From: an uncultured Myxococcales bacterium | GTDB taxonomy: Bacteria; Myxococcota; Myxococcia; Myxococcales; UBA5297 | Reading direction: 5' to 3' | NCBI GenBank assembly: GCA_937910285.1 | Contig: CALEOC010000170.1 | Location: 26,000 to 89,999 of the forward strand | DNA: 64,000 nt | Shown: piece by piece, positions 40,238-48,705 of the stretch | Position numbering within the stretch: the first letter of the stretch is position 1 | Layout: every line of letters begins with the position of its first letter | Position numbers and translations under genes: made by a program | Notes under the pieces: generated by a model | What the model was told of the DNA's origin: nothing | Seen by the model: the letters and a program-made list of their open reading frames with translations, nothing else | Database searches by the model: none

Positions 40238-41665
40238 ATGCCCATCGTCACCCGCGTCGACCGCAAAGAGATCCACCGCATCCACCTGCTCGGAGTCTGC
40301 GGCACGGGCATGGGCTCGTTCGCCGGCATGCTCGCGGCTCAGGGCTTCACCGTCACCGGCAGCGACGAGAACGTCTACCCGCCGATGAGCGACATGCTCG
40401 AGGGCTGGGGAGTGAGGACGATGCTCGGCTACAAGCCCGAGAACCTCGATGAGGCCAAGCCTGACCTGGTCATCGTCGGCAACGTCATCCGCCAGGTGAA
40501 CCCCGAGGCGACCGCGGTGCGCGAGCGGGGCCTGCCGCACATGAGCTTCCCGGCCGCGCTCGGGGAGCTGTGCATCGGCGAGAAGCACTCGCTGGTCGTC
40601 GCCGGCACGCACGGCAAGACGACCACCACCGCGATGCTCGCCCACGTACTCTCGGCCGCCGGCCGCGACCCCTCGATGCTCGTCGGCGGGGTCTCGCTCG
40701 ACTTCGGGGCCAACTTCAAGGTCGGCGCCGGCGAGCACTTCGTCGTCGAGGGCGACGAGTACGACACCGCCTACTTCGACAAAGGGCCCAAGTTCCTCCA
40801 CTACCGGCCCCGCAGCGCCATCTTCACCAGCCTCGAGTTCGACCACGCCGACATCTACCGCGACATGGCCCACTACTGCTCCTCGTTCGAGAGGTTCGTC
40901 GCGCTCCTGCCCGAGGACGGCTACCTCGCGGTCTGCGCGGCCTATCCGCGGGCGGTCGAGCTCGCCCGGGCCTGCCGCGCCAAGGTCGAGACCTACGCCG
41001 GGGCGACCGGCGCCGACTGGCATGCCGACGGGCTGACGCACGGCGCGGGCGGCGCCTTCTTCGACGTGGTGCACAAGGGCGTCAAGCTCGGCCGGGTCAA
41101 CCTCGCGGTCGGCGGTCCCCACAACGTCGAGAACGCCCTCGGCGTCATCGCGCTCGCCACCTCGCTCGGGCTCTCGATAGAGGAGATCGACAAGGGGCTC
41201 GCGTCGTTCCGCGGCGTCAAGCGCCGGCAGGAGCTGCGCGGCGAGCCCAACGGCGTCTTCGTCATCGACGACTTCGCCCATCATCCGACCGCGGTGCGCG
41301 AGACCATCGCCGCCATCGGCGCGCGCTACCCCGGCCACAGGCTCTGGGCGATCTTCGAGCCGCGCTCGAACACGAGCCGCCGCAACATCCACCAAGCCGA
41401 GTACGCCCGCGCGTTCACCGGGGCGAGCCGCGCGGTCATCGCCACCCCGCTGCCGACCGACAAGGTCCCGGCGGACGAGATGCTCGACGTGGGCCAGCTC
41501 GCGAAGAACATCACGGCGAACGGCGTGTCCGCGACCGCGGCGGCCGACGTCGCGGAGATCGTCGCGCTGGTCAAGGCCGAGGCGAAGCCAGGGGACGTGC
41601 TGCTGGTCATGTCCAACGGCGCCTTCGGCGGGCTCATCGACAAGCTGCTCGTCGCGCTCCAATGA
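40238..41665 (+). CDS. mpl: UDP-N-acetylmuramate:L-alanyl-gamma-D-glutamyl-meso-DAP ligase
   Basis: RIHLLGVCGTGMGSFAGMLAAQGFTVTGSDENVYPPMS aligns with the N-terminus of enterobacterial Mpl. Motifs AGTHGKTTTT, EGDEYDTAYFDK and DDFAHHPTA. The start could instead be the ATG at 40193. Confidence 0.9.
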   Translation: MPIVTRVDRKEIHRIHLLGVCGTGMGSFAGMLAAQGFTVTGSDENVYPPMSDMLEGWGVRTMLGYKPENLDEAKPDLVIVGNVIRQVNPEATAVRERGLPHMSFPAALGELCIGEKHSLVVAGTHGKTTTTAMLAHVLSAAGRDPSMLVGGVSLDFGANFKVGAGEHFVVEGDEYDTAYFDKGPKFLHYRPRSAIFTSLEFDHADIYRDMAHYCSSFERFVALLPEDGYLAVCAAYPRAVELARACRAKVETYAGATGADWHADGLTHGAGGAFFDVVHKGVKLGRVNLAVGGPHNVENALGVIALATSLGLSIEEIDKGLASFRGVKRRQELRGEPNGVFVIDDFAHHPTAVRETIAAIGARYPGHRLWAIFEPRSNTSRRNIHQAEYARAFTGASRAVIATPLPTDKVPADEMLDVGQLAKNITANGVSATAAADVAEIVALVKAEAKPGDVLLVMSNGAFGGLIDKLLVALQ

Positions 41666-42171
41666 TGCGCCCGGCCTCGCTCCTCGCGCTGGCGACGCTG
41701 ATCGCCTGCTCGGCGGCTCCTCCCCCCGCGCTCGTGGAGGGAGCTCCGCTCGGCCAGGCGCGCCACGGTCTGGAGGCCGAGCTTTCGCTCCAGCTCGAGC
41801 GCCCGGGGAAGGTCGTCGTCGTGGTCTTCTTCGCGACCTGGTCCGAAGCGGCCCGCGCGGTGCTCACGCAGGTCGAGAAGCTCCACTCCGAGCTCGCGGC
41901 CCAGGGCGTGGAGGCCATCGGCGTCGCCATCGACGAGGACCAGCGGTTCGTCGCGCCCTTCGTCGGCGAGCTCGGCCTCACCTTCGAGGTGCTCGCCGAT
42001 CCTGGCGCGCGGAAGGCAGAGCGCCTGGCGCGGCTCGAAGCGGTCCCCACCGTCGCCGTGCTCGACGCCGAACGGACGGTGCGGCTGCTCTCCAGCGACC
42101 CGCACGCCATCCGCGAAGTCGAGTCTCTGGTGGTCTCACTCGCCTCGAAACCGATCGAGCAGGCCGACTGA
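41662..42171 (+). CDS. TlpA/redoxin-fold lipoprotein lacking the CxxC motif
   Basis: 169 aa. The start overlaps the mpl stop (ATGATG). Lipobox LIAC. Thioredoxin-fold pattern VVVVFFATWSEAARAVL, where WCxxC is replaced by WSEAA. Later motif VPTVAVLD. Confidence 0.7.
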   Translation: MMRPASLLALATLIACSAAPPPALVEGAPLGQARHGLEAELSLQLERPGKVVVVVFFATWSEAARAVLTQVEKLHSELAAQGVEAIGVAIDEDQRFVAPFVGELGLTFEVLADPGARKAERLARLEAVPTVAVLDAERTVRLLSSDPHAIREVESLVVSLASKPIEQAD

Positions 42172-42351
42172 CCTGCCCTCACCTCGGCGCCGCGAGGGCT
42201 GAAGATCTGTCGAAGAGCCCCTTGAGCGATAACCGGTCAGCCGGCGCGCAGCCTCGCGAGCGCGACGAACCCGGGGCCGGACAGGTTCGGCGACAGCAAA
42301 GCGGCTGCTACCCTCCTGCAGACCAAAACAGGCCGACCGAGAGGATGAGCG

Positions 42352-42573
42352 ATGGGCGCCAAGCGCAGTTTCAGAAGCCGCAGACCGAACGCAGACCCGG
42401 CCTATCCGACCACGACCCGCCGGGCGCTCGCCGCGCTGGGGACCGCAGCCGCGCTCGCCGCCCTCACCTCCTGCGGAGCCGCGCCCAATCCGGACATCGA
42501 TCCCTACGAGGAGACCGACGCTGGCCTGGTCGACGCGGGCGCGCCCGACGGCGGTGCCGACGCCGGGCAGTAG
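42352..42573 (+). CDS. small Tat-type(?) lipoprotein with acidic DAG-rich tail
   Basis: 73 aa with GAGAGGA SD upstream. Contains TTRRALAALGTAAALAALTSC (twin-Arg plus lipobox), then PNPDIDPYEETDAGLVDAGAPDGGADAGQ. Confidence 0.45.
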   Translation: MGAKRSFRSRRPNADPAYPTTTRRALAALGTAAALAALTSCGAAPNPDIDPYEETDAGLVDAGAPDGGADAGQ

Positions 42574-42635
42574 TCCGCAGGCATTCGCAGGGGTCTCGGC
42601 TCGAGCGCGTGTCGGGAAGTCTTCTTGAGCTCGGC

Positions 42636-42676
42636 CCGCCCCCTCCGTTCACCTCGAGCGAGGTCGAGAGGCCCGA
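42636..42676. repeat. REP/MITE-like element, short partial copy
   Basis: CCGTTCACCTCGAGCG..AGGTCGAGAGGCC resembles the reverse complement of the right arm of the 48.0-kb copy, with an internal deletion. Confidence 0.35.
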
Positions 42677-43160
42677 GCGCCGTGCAGGGCTTCTGCCCGC
42701 TGAGTCATTGGAGGGAACGGTGCAGCGGAGGCACCGCCGAGACCGCTGGCCCTCACCCTCCTCTCCCAAACGGCGCGCGCGACGACCGTGCTCGACTCGA
42801 TCATCGAGGGCGCGCCTGGGAGAGGCGATCGCCCTTGACGGTGCGAGGACTCGTCGCTTGTTCGAGCAGCGCTCGCGAGTGCTGGGACGCCGTGATGCGT
42901 CCAGGCGTACTGCAGCGCGATCAAGCCGGAATGCAGAAGGCCAGCACACGCGATCGCCCCTCCCAGGCCCGCGCAACCAAGTCCGCGGCGTGCACGCTGG
43001 AATGCGGGCCGTTTGGGAGGGGAGGGGGCGGGCCACCGCTGCTCGCGGCGACTCGCTCCCTCGAATTGCGCATACGACTTCAATCGATCGGCGGCCAGCG
43101 CTCACGGCGCTCGAAAAGGATTACGGCGGAGGTCGAGCGCGCGGTGCGGTTGATTGAGGG

Positions 43161-43231
43161 CGGAGTCGAGGAGACCCCTCGACTCCGCCTCCCTCGTTCC
43201 TCGGGAGGCTACGCTCGGGGTGACCGGGCGG
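43161..43231. repeat. REP/MITE-like element, copy B (hairpin plus right arm)
   Basis: CGGAGTCGAGGagaccCCTCGACTCCG hairpin followed by CCTCCCTCGTTCCTCGGGAGGCTACGCTCGGGGTGACCGGGCGG. The latter is near-identical to 48078-48116. Confidence 0.65.
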
Positions 43232-43274
43232 CCGGGCCGACGGGCCACCACGCGAAGGAATCCTCGCCCCCTCT

Positions 43275-44530
43275 TCAGTCCTCGCGGCCGAGCACGAACC
43301 GCCGCGAGGCGCGCACCAGCTCGGCCTGGTGCCCGCGCAGGACGACCAGGTGGTTGCCGAGCGGCCGCTCGAGCAGCTCCGCGAGCATCGCTTTGTCGGC
43401 GCGAATGCGCGCCTGCGTACGGCACAGCCCCTCCTCGGTCCCCGACGCGATGAGCTCGCCCTCGCAGATCCAGACAGCCTCGAGCCGCGCGCCGCCGAGG
43501 CGCACCAACGTCACCGGCCCGGGCGCAAGCTCGCCGGATATCGCCACGCCCAGGCCCGACTCGAAGTGTGAGCGCAGCTCAAACGAACGGACGCAGCCAC
43601 ACGGCACGGTGCAGTGGGCGAGGAGGATCTCGCCGGTCGAGAGATCGACGCGCGACGGGTTGGCCATCCACGGCATCTCGCCGGTGAGGCGATAAAGCCA
43701 CAGCAGGCTAAGCACCGAGGGCACGTCGCCTTCGCATCCGGCGGGCACGCCCTCGTCACACAGCCGCGAGAGCGCGATGCAGCTCGTGGTCCGCTCGCGC
43801 ACGACGAGCTCGAAGCAGCGGACGGTGATCGCGTCGAGCCGCTGCGCCTCGACCGTCTCGCGCAGGACGCGGTAGACGGCCATCGCCTGCGCGAGCGTCT
43901 CGAGGTCGGGCTCACGGCACCCGCGGGCGCGCTCGGCGAATTGGCGCGCCTGGTCCCTGTCGGCGTCGTTGACCGCCATCCGCTCGAAGATCGGCTCGAA
44001 AGCCAAGGCCACCAGCTCTGAACCCCAGCTCGCGCGCACCGTCTCGGCGTCGTGGGCGCTGGCGACGAGCCAATCCGAAGGGCCTCCGATGGCGCCGATC
44101 CGCGCCAGGCGCAGCCCGAGGGAGACGGCGCTAAGCGTCGCTGCCTGCGCGAGTCGCTCACGATCCGCAGCCAAATCGCCGGAGAGGAAGACGATGCGCC
44201 CGATGCCGCCGTCGCGCCGCACCCGCGCCAGGATCTCCAGGCTCGCCGGCAGCGAATTGTGGAGCGGGTGCGCGACGAGCACGACCGGCTCTCGCCCGGC
44301 GAGCGCGCGCCGGCGCTCTATGCGCTCGAGCACGATGCCCTCGGTGCCGCCGGTCAAGACGACGTGGAAGAGCGGATCGCCGTGGGGCGCGTCTGCAAAC
44401 CCGCGCCGGGCGCCCCCGGCCTCGGAGAGCGCCCGCTCGTGCTCGGCGAGGATGCGCGCGGTGCTCGTCGCGTCGTGAAGGGTCGATGCGGCGACGTCGT
44501 AGGTGAAGGCCGTTTTCACGCTGTACCTCC
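43275..44530 (-). CDS. L-fucose/L-arabinose isomerase-family-like protein
   Basis: 418 aa from a GTG at 44530 (GGAGG 7 nt upstream). Its length and C-terminal pattern (MPWMANPSRVDLSTGEILLAHCTVP...) resemble the sugar isomerase family. That the frame is coding is well supported; the family call is tentative. Confidence 0.5.
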
Positions 44531-44638
44531 AGGGTGAGCGCCCGGAGGGTATACCGAGGAACAGGTTGTGAGTTGGGAGTCGGGAGGCGGCACGCCGGGC
44601 GGAGCCGAGCGGGGGCTCGCTTCCGCGCAGCGCGCTTC

Positions 44639-47600
44639 TCACCCGACTTCCGCCTGCTCCTCGGGAATCGCGAGGAAGACGGGAAAGCCCGAGAACGCGT
44701 CGCGCAGGAAGAACCCGGAGTAGCCCTCGTGCTCGGCCAGCTCGAGCCGACGTCCGGTGAAGACCTCGACGAACCGCTGACCGGTCACGGCGAAGGGGAC
44801 GCGCACGAAGGTGTCGGCCCACAGCCGCTCCTCGCAGGGTGAGCCGAAGCGGTCGAGCAGCTCGGCGAGCAGCCTCGGGACGACGGCGACCGCGCTCTGC
44901 TCGCCGTTGCGCCGCGCCAGGCCGATGGCGTGCAGGGTGCGCTCGCCTCGGATCACCAGAGGCAGGTAGCGCCCGTCGCGCAGCAGCTCGGGGAACCGCC
45001 GCCGCAGCCGCAGACCCTGGCTGGTGACGTAGAGCTTGATGCGCCCGTCCTCGAACGAGGCGTGCAGCTCTCGGGTGAGCGCCTGACAGCCCGCGGGCAG
45101 GCGCGCGTCGAGCTCCGCGAGCATCCTCGCGCGCAGCTTGAAGTCGACCGGCCGCCGGTTGTCGGGGTCGACCAGGCTGAAGTCCCACAATTCGTTGCCC
45201 TGGTAGAGGTCGGCGACCCCGGGCGAGGCGAGCTTCAGGACGAGCTGCGCGAGCGAGTTGTACGCGCCGGCCAAGGCGATGCGCCTCTGGAAGGGCACGA
45301 AGTCGCGCCAGAACCGCTCGGAGAGCCGGGAGTCGAGGACCGAGTCGATGAACGAGGCGACGGCGCGCTCCCACTCCTCGTGCGGGTTGAACCAGCCGGT
45401 GTTGACCTTGGCCTCCTTGACCGCCTTCTGCATGTAGGCCTGGATGCGGCCGCGATAGGTCTCGAGCCGCTCGCCTTCGAGCTCGCCGAAGGGCCAGGTG
45501 CCGAGCAGCGTCTGGTAGAGCAGGATCTCCTCGTTGCGGTCGGGGGCGAGCAGGTCGCCCACGTTCTGCTTGAAGCGGCGGTTGAGGCGCGACCAGACCG
45601 ACAACCTCTTCTTCCACTCGCCGGGGATCTCCGAGAGGACGTTGATGCGGGCGCGCACGTCCTCGCTGCGCTTGGTGTCGTGGGTCGTCGACCCGATCAG
45701 CGCGGCGGGCCAGCGCGAGGCGCGCTCTTCGTTACGCTCGTGGAAGTCCTCGACGATGATCCCGAACTCGTCGGGCTCGCCGCCCACCTCGTTGAGCGAG
45801 ACGAGCCGGTTGTAGATGTAGAACGCGGTGTCCTCGACCGACTTGGCCATCACCGGCGAGGTGAACTGCTGCAGCTTGAGCACGAACTGGAGACGTTCGG
45901 CGGCCGCCTCCTCGGTGATCCGCCCGTCGCCGAGGCCGAGGAGCACCTCGCGGATGAAGTTGAAGATCGACGCGTTGATGGTCGGGTTGCGCCGCCTCGC
46001 CAGGCGCAGCGCCGCCTCGACCGCGCCGCGGTCGTGCTCGTCGGCCGGCGCCCCGTCGCTCGCCCGGTAGGTGCGGTAGACCGGGAAACAGGCGATGACC
46101 TCCATCAGCGCCCGCCGCAGGCTGTTGAGGGTGAAGTCGCGGGTGCGCCGGTCGTGCTCGGAGATGCGGCTCAACTGCCGGGCGAGCATGTTGAGCTCGC
46201 TCGACATCGAGTCGCCCATCGTCTGCCGGCGCTTTTGGTAGACGAGCTCGGCGTAGGAGAGGTCGAGGCCGGTGAAGCGGGCGAAGGTCTCGTCGACCGC
46301 GCGCACGTTGCGCTCGTCCACCTGCACGTCGTTGACCGCGTTCATGAAGTCGTAGCCGGTCGTCCCGTGCACCGCCCAACCCGGCGGGATGTTCTCCTGG
46401 TTGGCGAGGATCTTCTCGACGACGACGTAGAGGGGCCGAAAGACCGGCGAGTCGGCGCCGCGGGCCGCGTCGGCGCGGTAGCGCTCGCGCAAGGCCGGCT
46501 CGAGCGCGGCCCACTCCTCGTCGCTCGCCCCTTCGGTGGCGCCGGGCCTGCGCTCGACGAAGAGCCGCCGGCACAGCGTGATGGCCAGCTCCTCCTGGAG
46601 CCCCTCGAAGTAGTCGGCCGGGCAGTAGAGGCCGTCGGGGTGGTCGATTCGCAGCCCGGTCACCTTGCGGTCGGCGATGAGCGAGAGGACCAGCGCGTGC
46701 GCCTGGTGCAGCACCCGCGGGTCCTCCATGCGGATGGCGGCCAGGTTGTTGATGTCGAAGAAGCGCCGGTAGTTGATCTCCTCGGCGGCGACCCTCCAGT
46801 ACGCCAGGCGGTACGACTGGGAGCGCAGCAGCGCGTCGAGCAGGTCGAAGCTGTGCGGGTCGCCCGGCACGCCGTTGAAGAGGCGCACGTTCTCGCGGAT
46901 GAAGGCCTCGAGCTGCGGCGAGGCTTCGCACAGCGCGACGAGGCGGCGTTTTATCGACTCCTTCTCGCGGTTGCGCTCCTCGATGCGCGCCTGGTCGGTC
47001 TCGTGAGAGGGGGGCAGGTTCCCGAGGGCGGTGATGATCGACAGCAGGTCCTCGAAGGCGACCTCGCCTTGCGGCAGCGCCCGCTGCAGCTCGTCGAGCC
47101 GATGGTTGAGGATTTGCGTGTATTGCCGCGGCGCCACGGGGAACCGGTGCTCGTAGTAGTCGATGTGGAAGCTGCCGTTCTCGAAGGTGAGGACCAGCTC
47201 GCCGCGCTCGAGCACCGCGCCGTACTGGTCGCCCAGGATGGGCAGGAGCACCTTGTTGCGCAGGTCTTCGCGGATGGGATCCCAGTCGATGTCGAAGAAG
47301 TAGGCATAGATGGACGACGGCCCGTTCTCGAGGACGTCCATCCAGACCGGGTTCTCCGGCCCGATGGCCATGTGGTTGGGGACGAAGTCGAGCAGGTGCC
47401 CCATGCCCCGCTCGCGCAGAGAGGCGGCGAGCGCACCGTGGTCTTCGGGCCGGCCGAGCTCGGGGTCGAGCTGGCCGTGGTCGACGACGTCGTAGCCGTG
47501 CTGACTGCCCCGCTGCGCCTTCAGGCACGGCGAGGTGTAGAGGTCGCTGACACCGAGGCTGTCGAGATAGGGCACGATGGCCTTGGCGGCCTGGAACCCG

Positions 47601-47743
47601 AAGGTGTGGTTGAGCTGGACGCGGTAGGTGGCGATGGGCAGGCGCGTATACGCGGCAAGCGCGGCGACCATCGCCAGGTAGAGCTCATCGACCAGCTTGG
47701 GCGGCTCGTTCTCCACGCTCGCCTCGTCGGACCAGGCGCCCAC
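44639..47743 (-). CDS. treY: malto-oligosyltrehalose synthase
   Basis: 1034 aa. Motifs ATYRVQLNHTFGF, LGVSDLYTSPCLKAQRGSQHGYDVVDH, LLDFVPNHMA and GLRIDHPDGL. GTG start behind AGGGA. Confidence 0.92.
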   Translation of the reverse strand: MGAWSDEASVENEPPKLVDELYLAMVAALAAYTRLPIATYRVQLNHTFGFQAAKAIVPYLDSLGVSDLYTSPCLKAQRGSQHGYDVVDHGQLDPELGRPEDHGALAASLRERGMGHLLDFVPNHMAIGPENPVWMDVLENGPSSIYAYFFDIDWDPIREDLRNKVLLPILGDQYGAVLERGELVLTFENGSFHIDYYEHRFPVAPRQYTQILNHRLDELQRALPQGEVAFEDLLSIITALGNLPPSHETDQARIEERNREKESIKRRLVALCEASPQLEAFIRENVRLFNGVPGDPHSFDLLDALLRSQSYRLAYWRVAAEEINYRRFFDINNLAAIRMEDPRVLHQAHALVLSLIADRKVTGLRIDHPDGLYCPADYFEGLQEELAITLCRRLFVERRPGATEGASDEEWAALEPALRERYRADAARGADSPVFRPLYVVVEKILANQENIPPGWAVHGTTGYDFMNAVNDVQVDERNVRAVDETFARFTGLDLSYAELVYQKRRQTMGDSMSSELNMLARQLSRISEHDRRTRDFTLNSLRRALMEVIACFPVYRTYRASDGAPADEHDRGAVEAALRLARRRNPTINASIFNFIREVLLGLGDGRITEEAAAERLQFVLKLQQFTSPVMAKSVEDTAFYIYNRLVSLNEVGGEPDEFGIIVEDFHERNEERASRWPAALIGSTTHDTKRSEDVRARINVLSEIPGEWKKRLSVWSRLNRRFKQNVGDLLAPDRNEEILLYQTLLGTWPFGELEGERLETYRGRIQAYMQKAVKEAKVNTGWFNPHEEWERAVASFIDSVLDSRLSERFWRDFVPFQRRIALAGAYNSLAQLVLKLASPGVADLYQGNELWDFSLVDPDNRRPVDFKLRARMLAELDARLPAGCQALTRELHASFEDGRIKLYVTSQGLRLRRRFPELLRDGRYLPLVIRGERTLHAIGLARRNGEQSAVAVVPRLLAELLDRFGSPCEERLWADTFVRVPFAVTGQRFVEVFTGRRLELAEHEGYSGFFLRDAFSGFPVFLAIPEEQAEVG

Positions 47744-47974
47744 CCGGCGTCCCTGGCGCTCCCGTTCGATAGCCCCCGCCCGACGGCTTCTCCCCCACCC
47801 TGCTGACGCGAAGGGCCCTTGGCATCAAGGAGTGTGCAGGCTCGGCGCGAAATACGAGGAAACCGCCCGTTCACCGCGGGCGGAACAGGGCTCGGGCTTT
47901 CCATCAAAGCTCGCCAAAGCTCGGCATTCCGGCGGCTTCTAGGAAGCGGCTCGCGCAGATGGGCGAGCCCCAGG

Positions 47975-48120
47975 CTCCCTGCGAGCCTCGTCGAGCGATT
48001 CGAACCGGCCGCCGGTCATCCCGAGCGTAGAGGCGACCCGCGGGAGCCTCGGATTCTAGGGGCCTCTCGACTTCGCCCCCCTCGTTCCTCGGGAGGCTAC
48101 GCTCGAGGTGAGCGGGGGGA
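47975..48120. repeat. REP/MITE-like element, copy C
   Basis: Left part CTGCGAGCCTCGTCGAGCGATT...CCGGTCATCCCGAGCGTAGAGGCGACCCGCGGGAGCCTCGG. Right arm CCTCGTTCCTCGGGAGGCTACGCTCGAGGTGAGCGG. The left part matches 50895-50986. Confidence 0.7.
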
Positions 48121-48705
48121 AGGGCTTCAGATACAAGGGAGTCGCGGATTCGCCTCGCCAGTAGATTCGAGCACTTGCTGCTTCCGGCCCATTCGGTGGA
48201 GTGAGATCTGGCGCCCGCCATCCCCCGCTCGTGGCAGGTGGGACCTATCCGGACGGGGGCGCGGGGGCTTCCACGGGCGGCGCGGCGATCACCGAGCGCC
48301 CCCGCGGCGCCCGAAGGTGCAAGAGACGAAATGCATTGCGCCATTTTGTGGCAGAGGCCAGGCCATACCGCTTTGCATTGCGTCTTTTCGCGGCCCCAGC
48401 CAGGCAGAAGGCCGTTCGGGAGCGCGAAAGTGAACGAATCGCCTGCCGCGACCCTCTCCGGAAGGGCTTCTGGGGCCCGGAATTGTCCGCTTCAACGCAA
48501 TCGATCGCGGTGGGGCCTGGCCTCCGCCAGGCGAGAACGCTCTGCATTGCGCCTGGGCTGGCCTGGGCCGCGCGGAGCGGGATCCAATGCGGTGCTTCTA
48601 GAGGTGGCCGGAGGAGGCGCAACGCATCCCGCCTGCGCCGAGGAGGATGCGCGCGCCACCGCGCGCGAGTCGGCCGGCACTCAAGGCGCGCGGGCCGCCC
48701 GCGGC

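Noticed and set aside
42464-43157. Several overlapping ORFs (213, 144 and 311 aa) in the 700-bp gap after the small lipoprotein gene
   Set aside because: Their third-position GC is clearly lower than in the supported genes. The sequences are Arg/Ser/Pro-rich and overlap repeat copies. One frame (42649-43083, minus strand) has a hydrophobic stretch, but the evidence is insufficient. The region may be a decayed gene.
44531-45617. Upstream part of the 780-aa ORF 43275-45617
   Set aside because: It overlaps the 3' end of treY in another frame on the same strand. Isomerase-like similarity starts after the GTG at 44530, which has a GGAGG SD.
44930-47806. 958-aa plus-strand ORF
   Set aside because: Antisense to treY. 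It has no recognisable domain and a repetitive Arg/Val/Glu/Leu composition.
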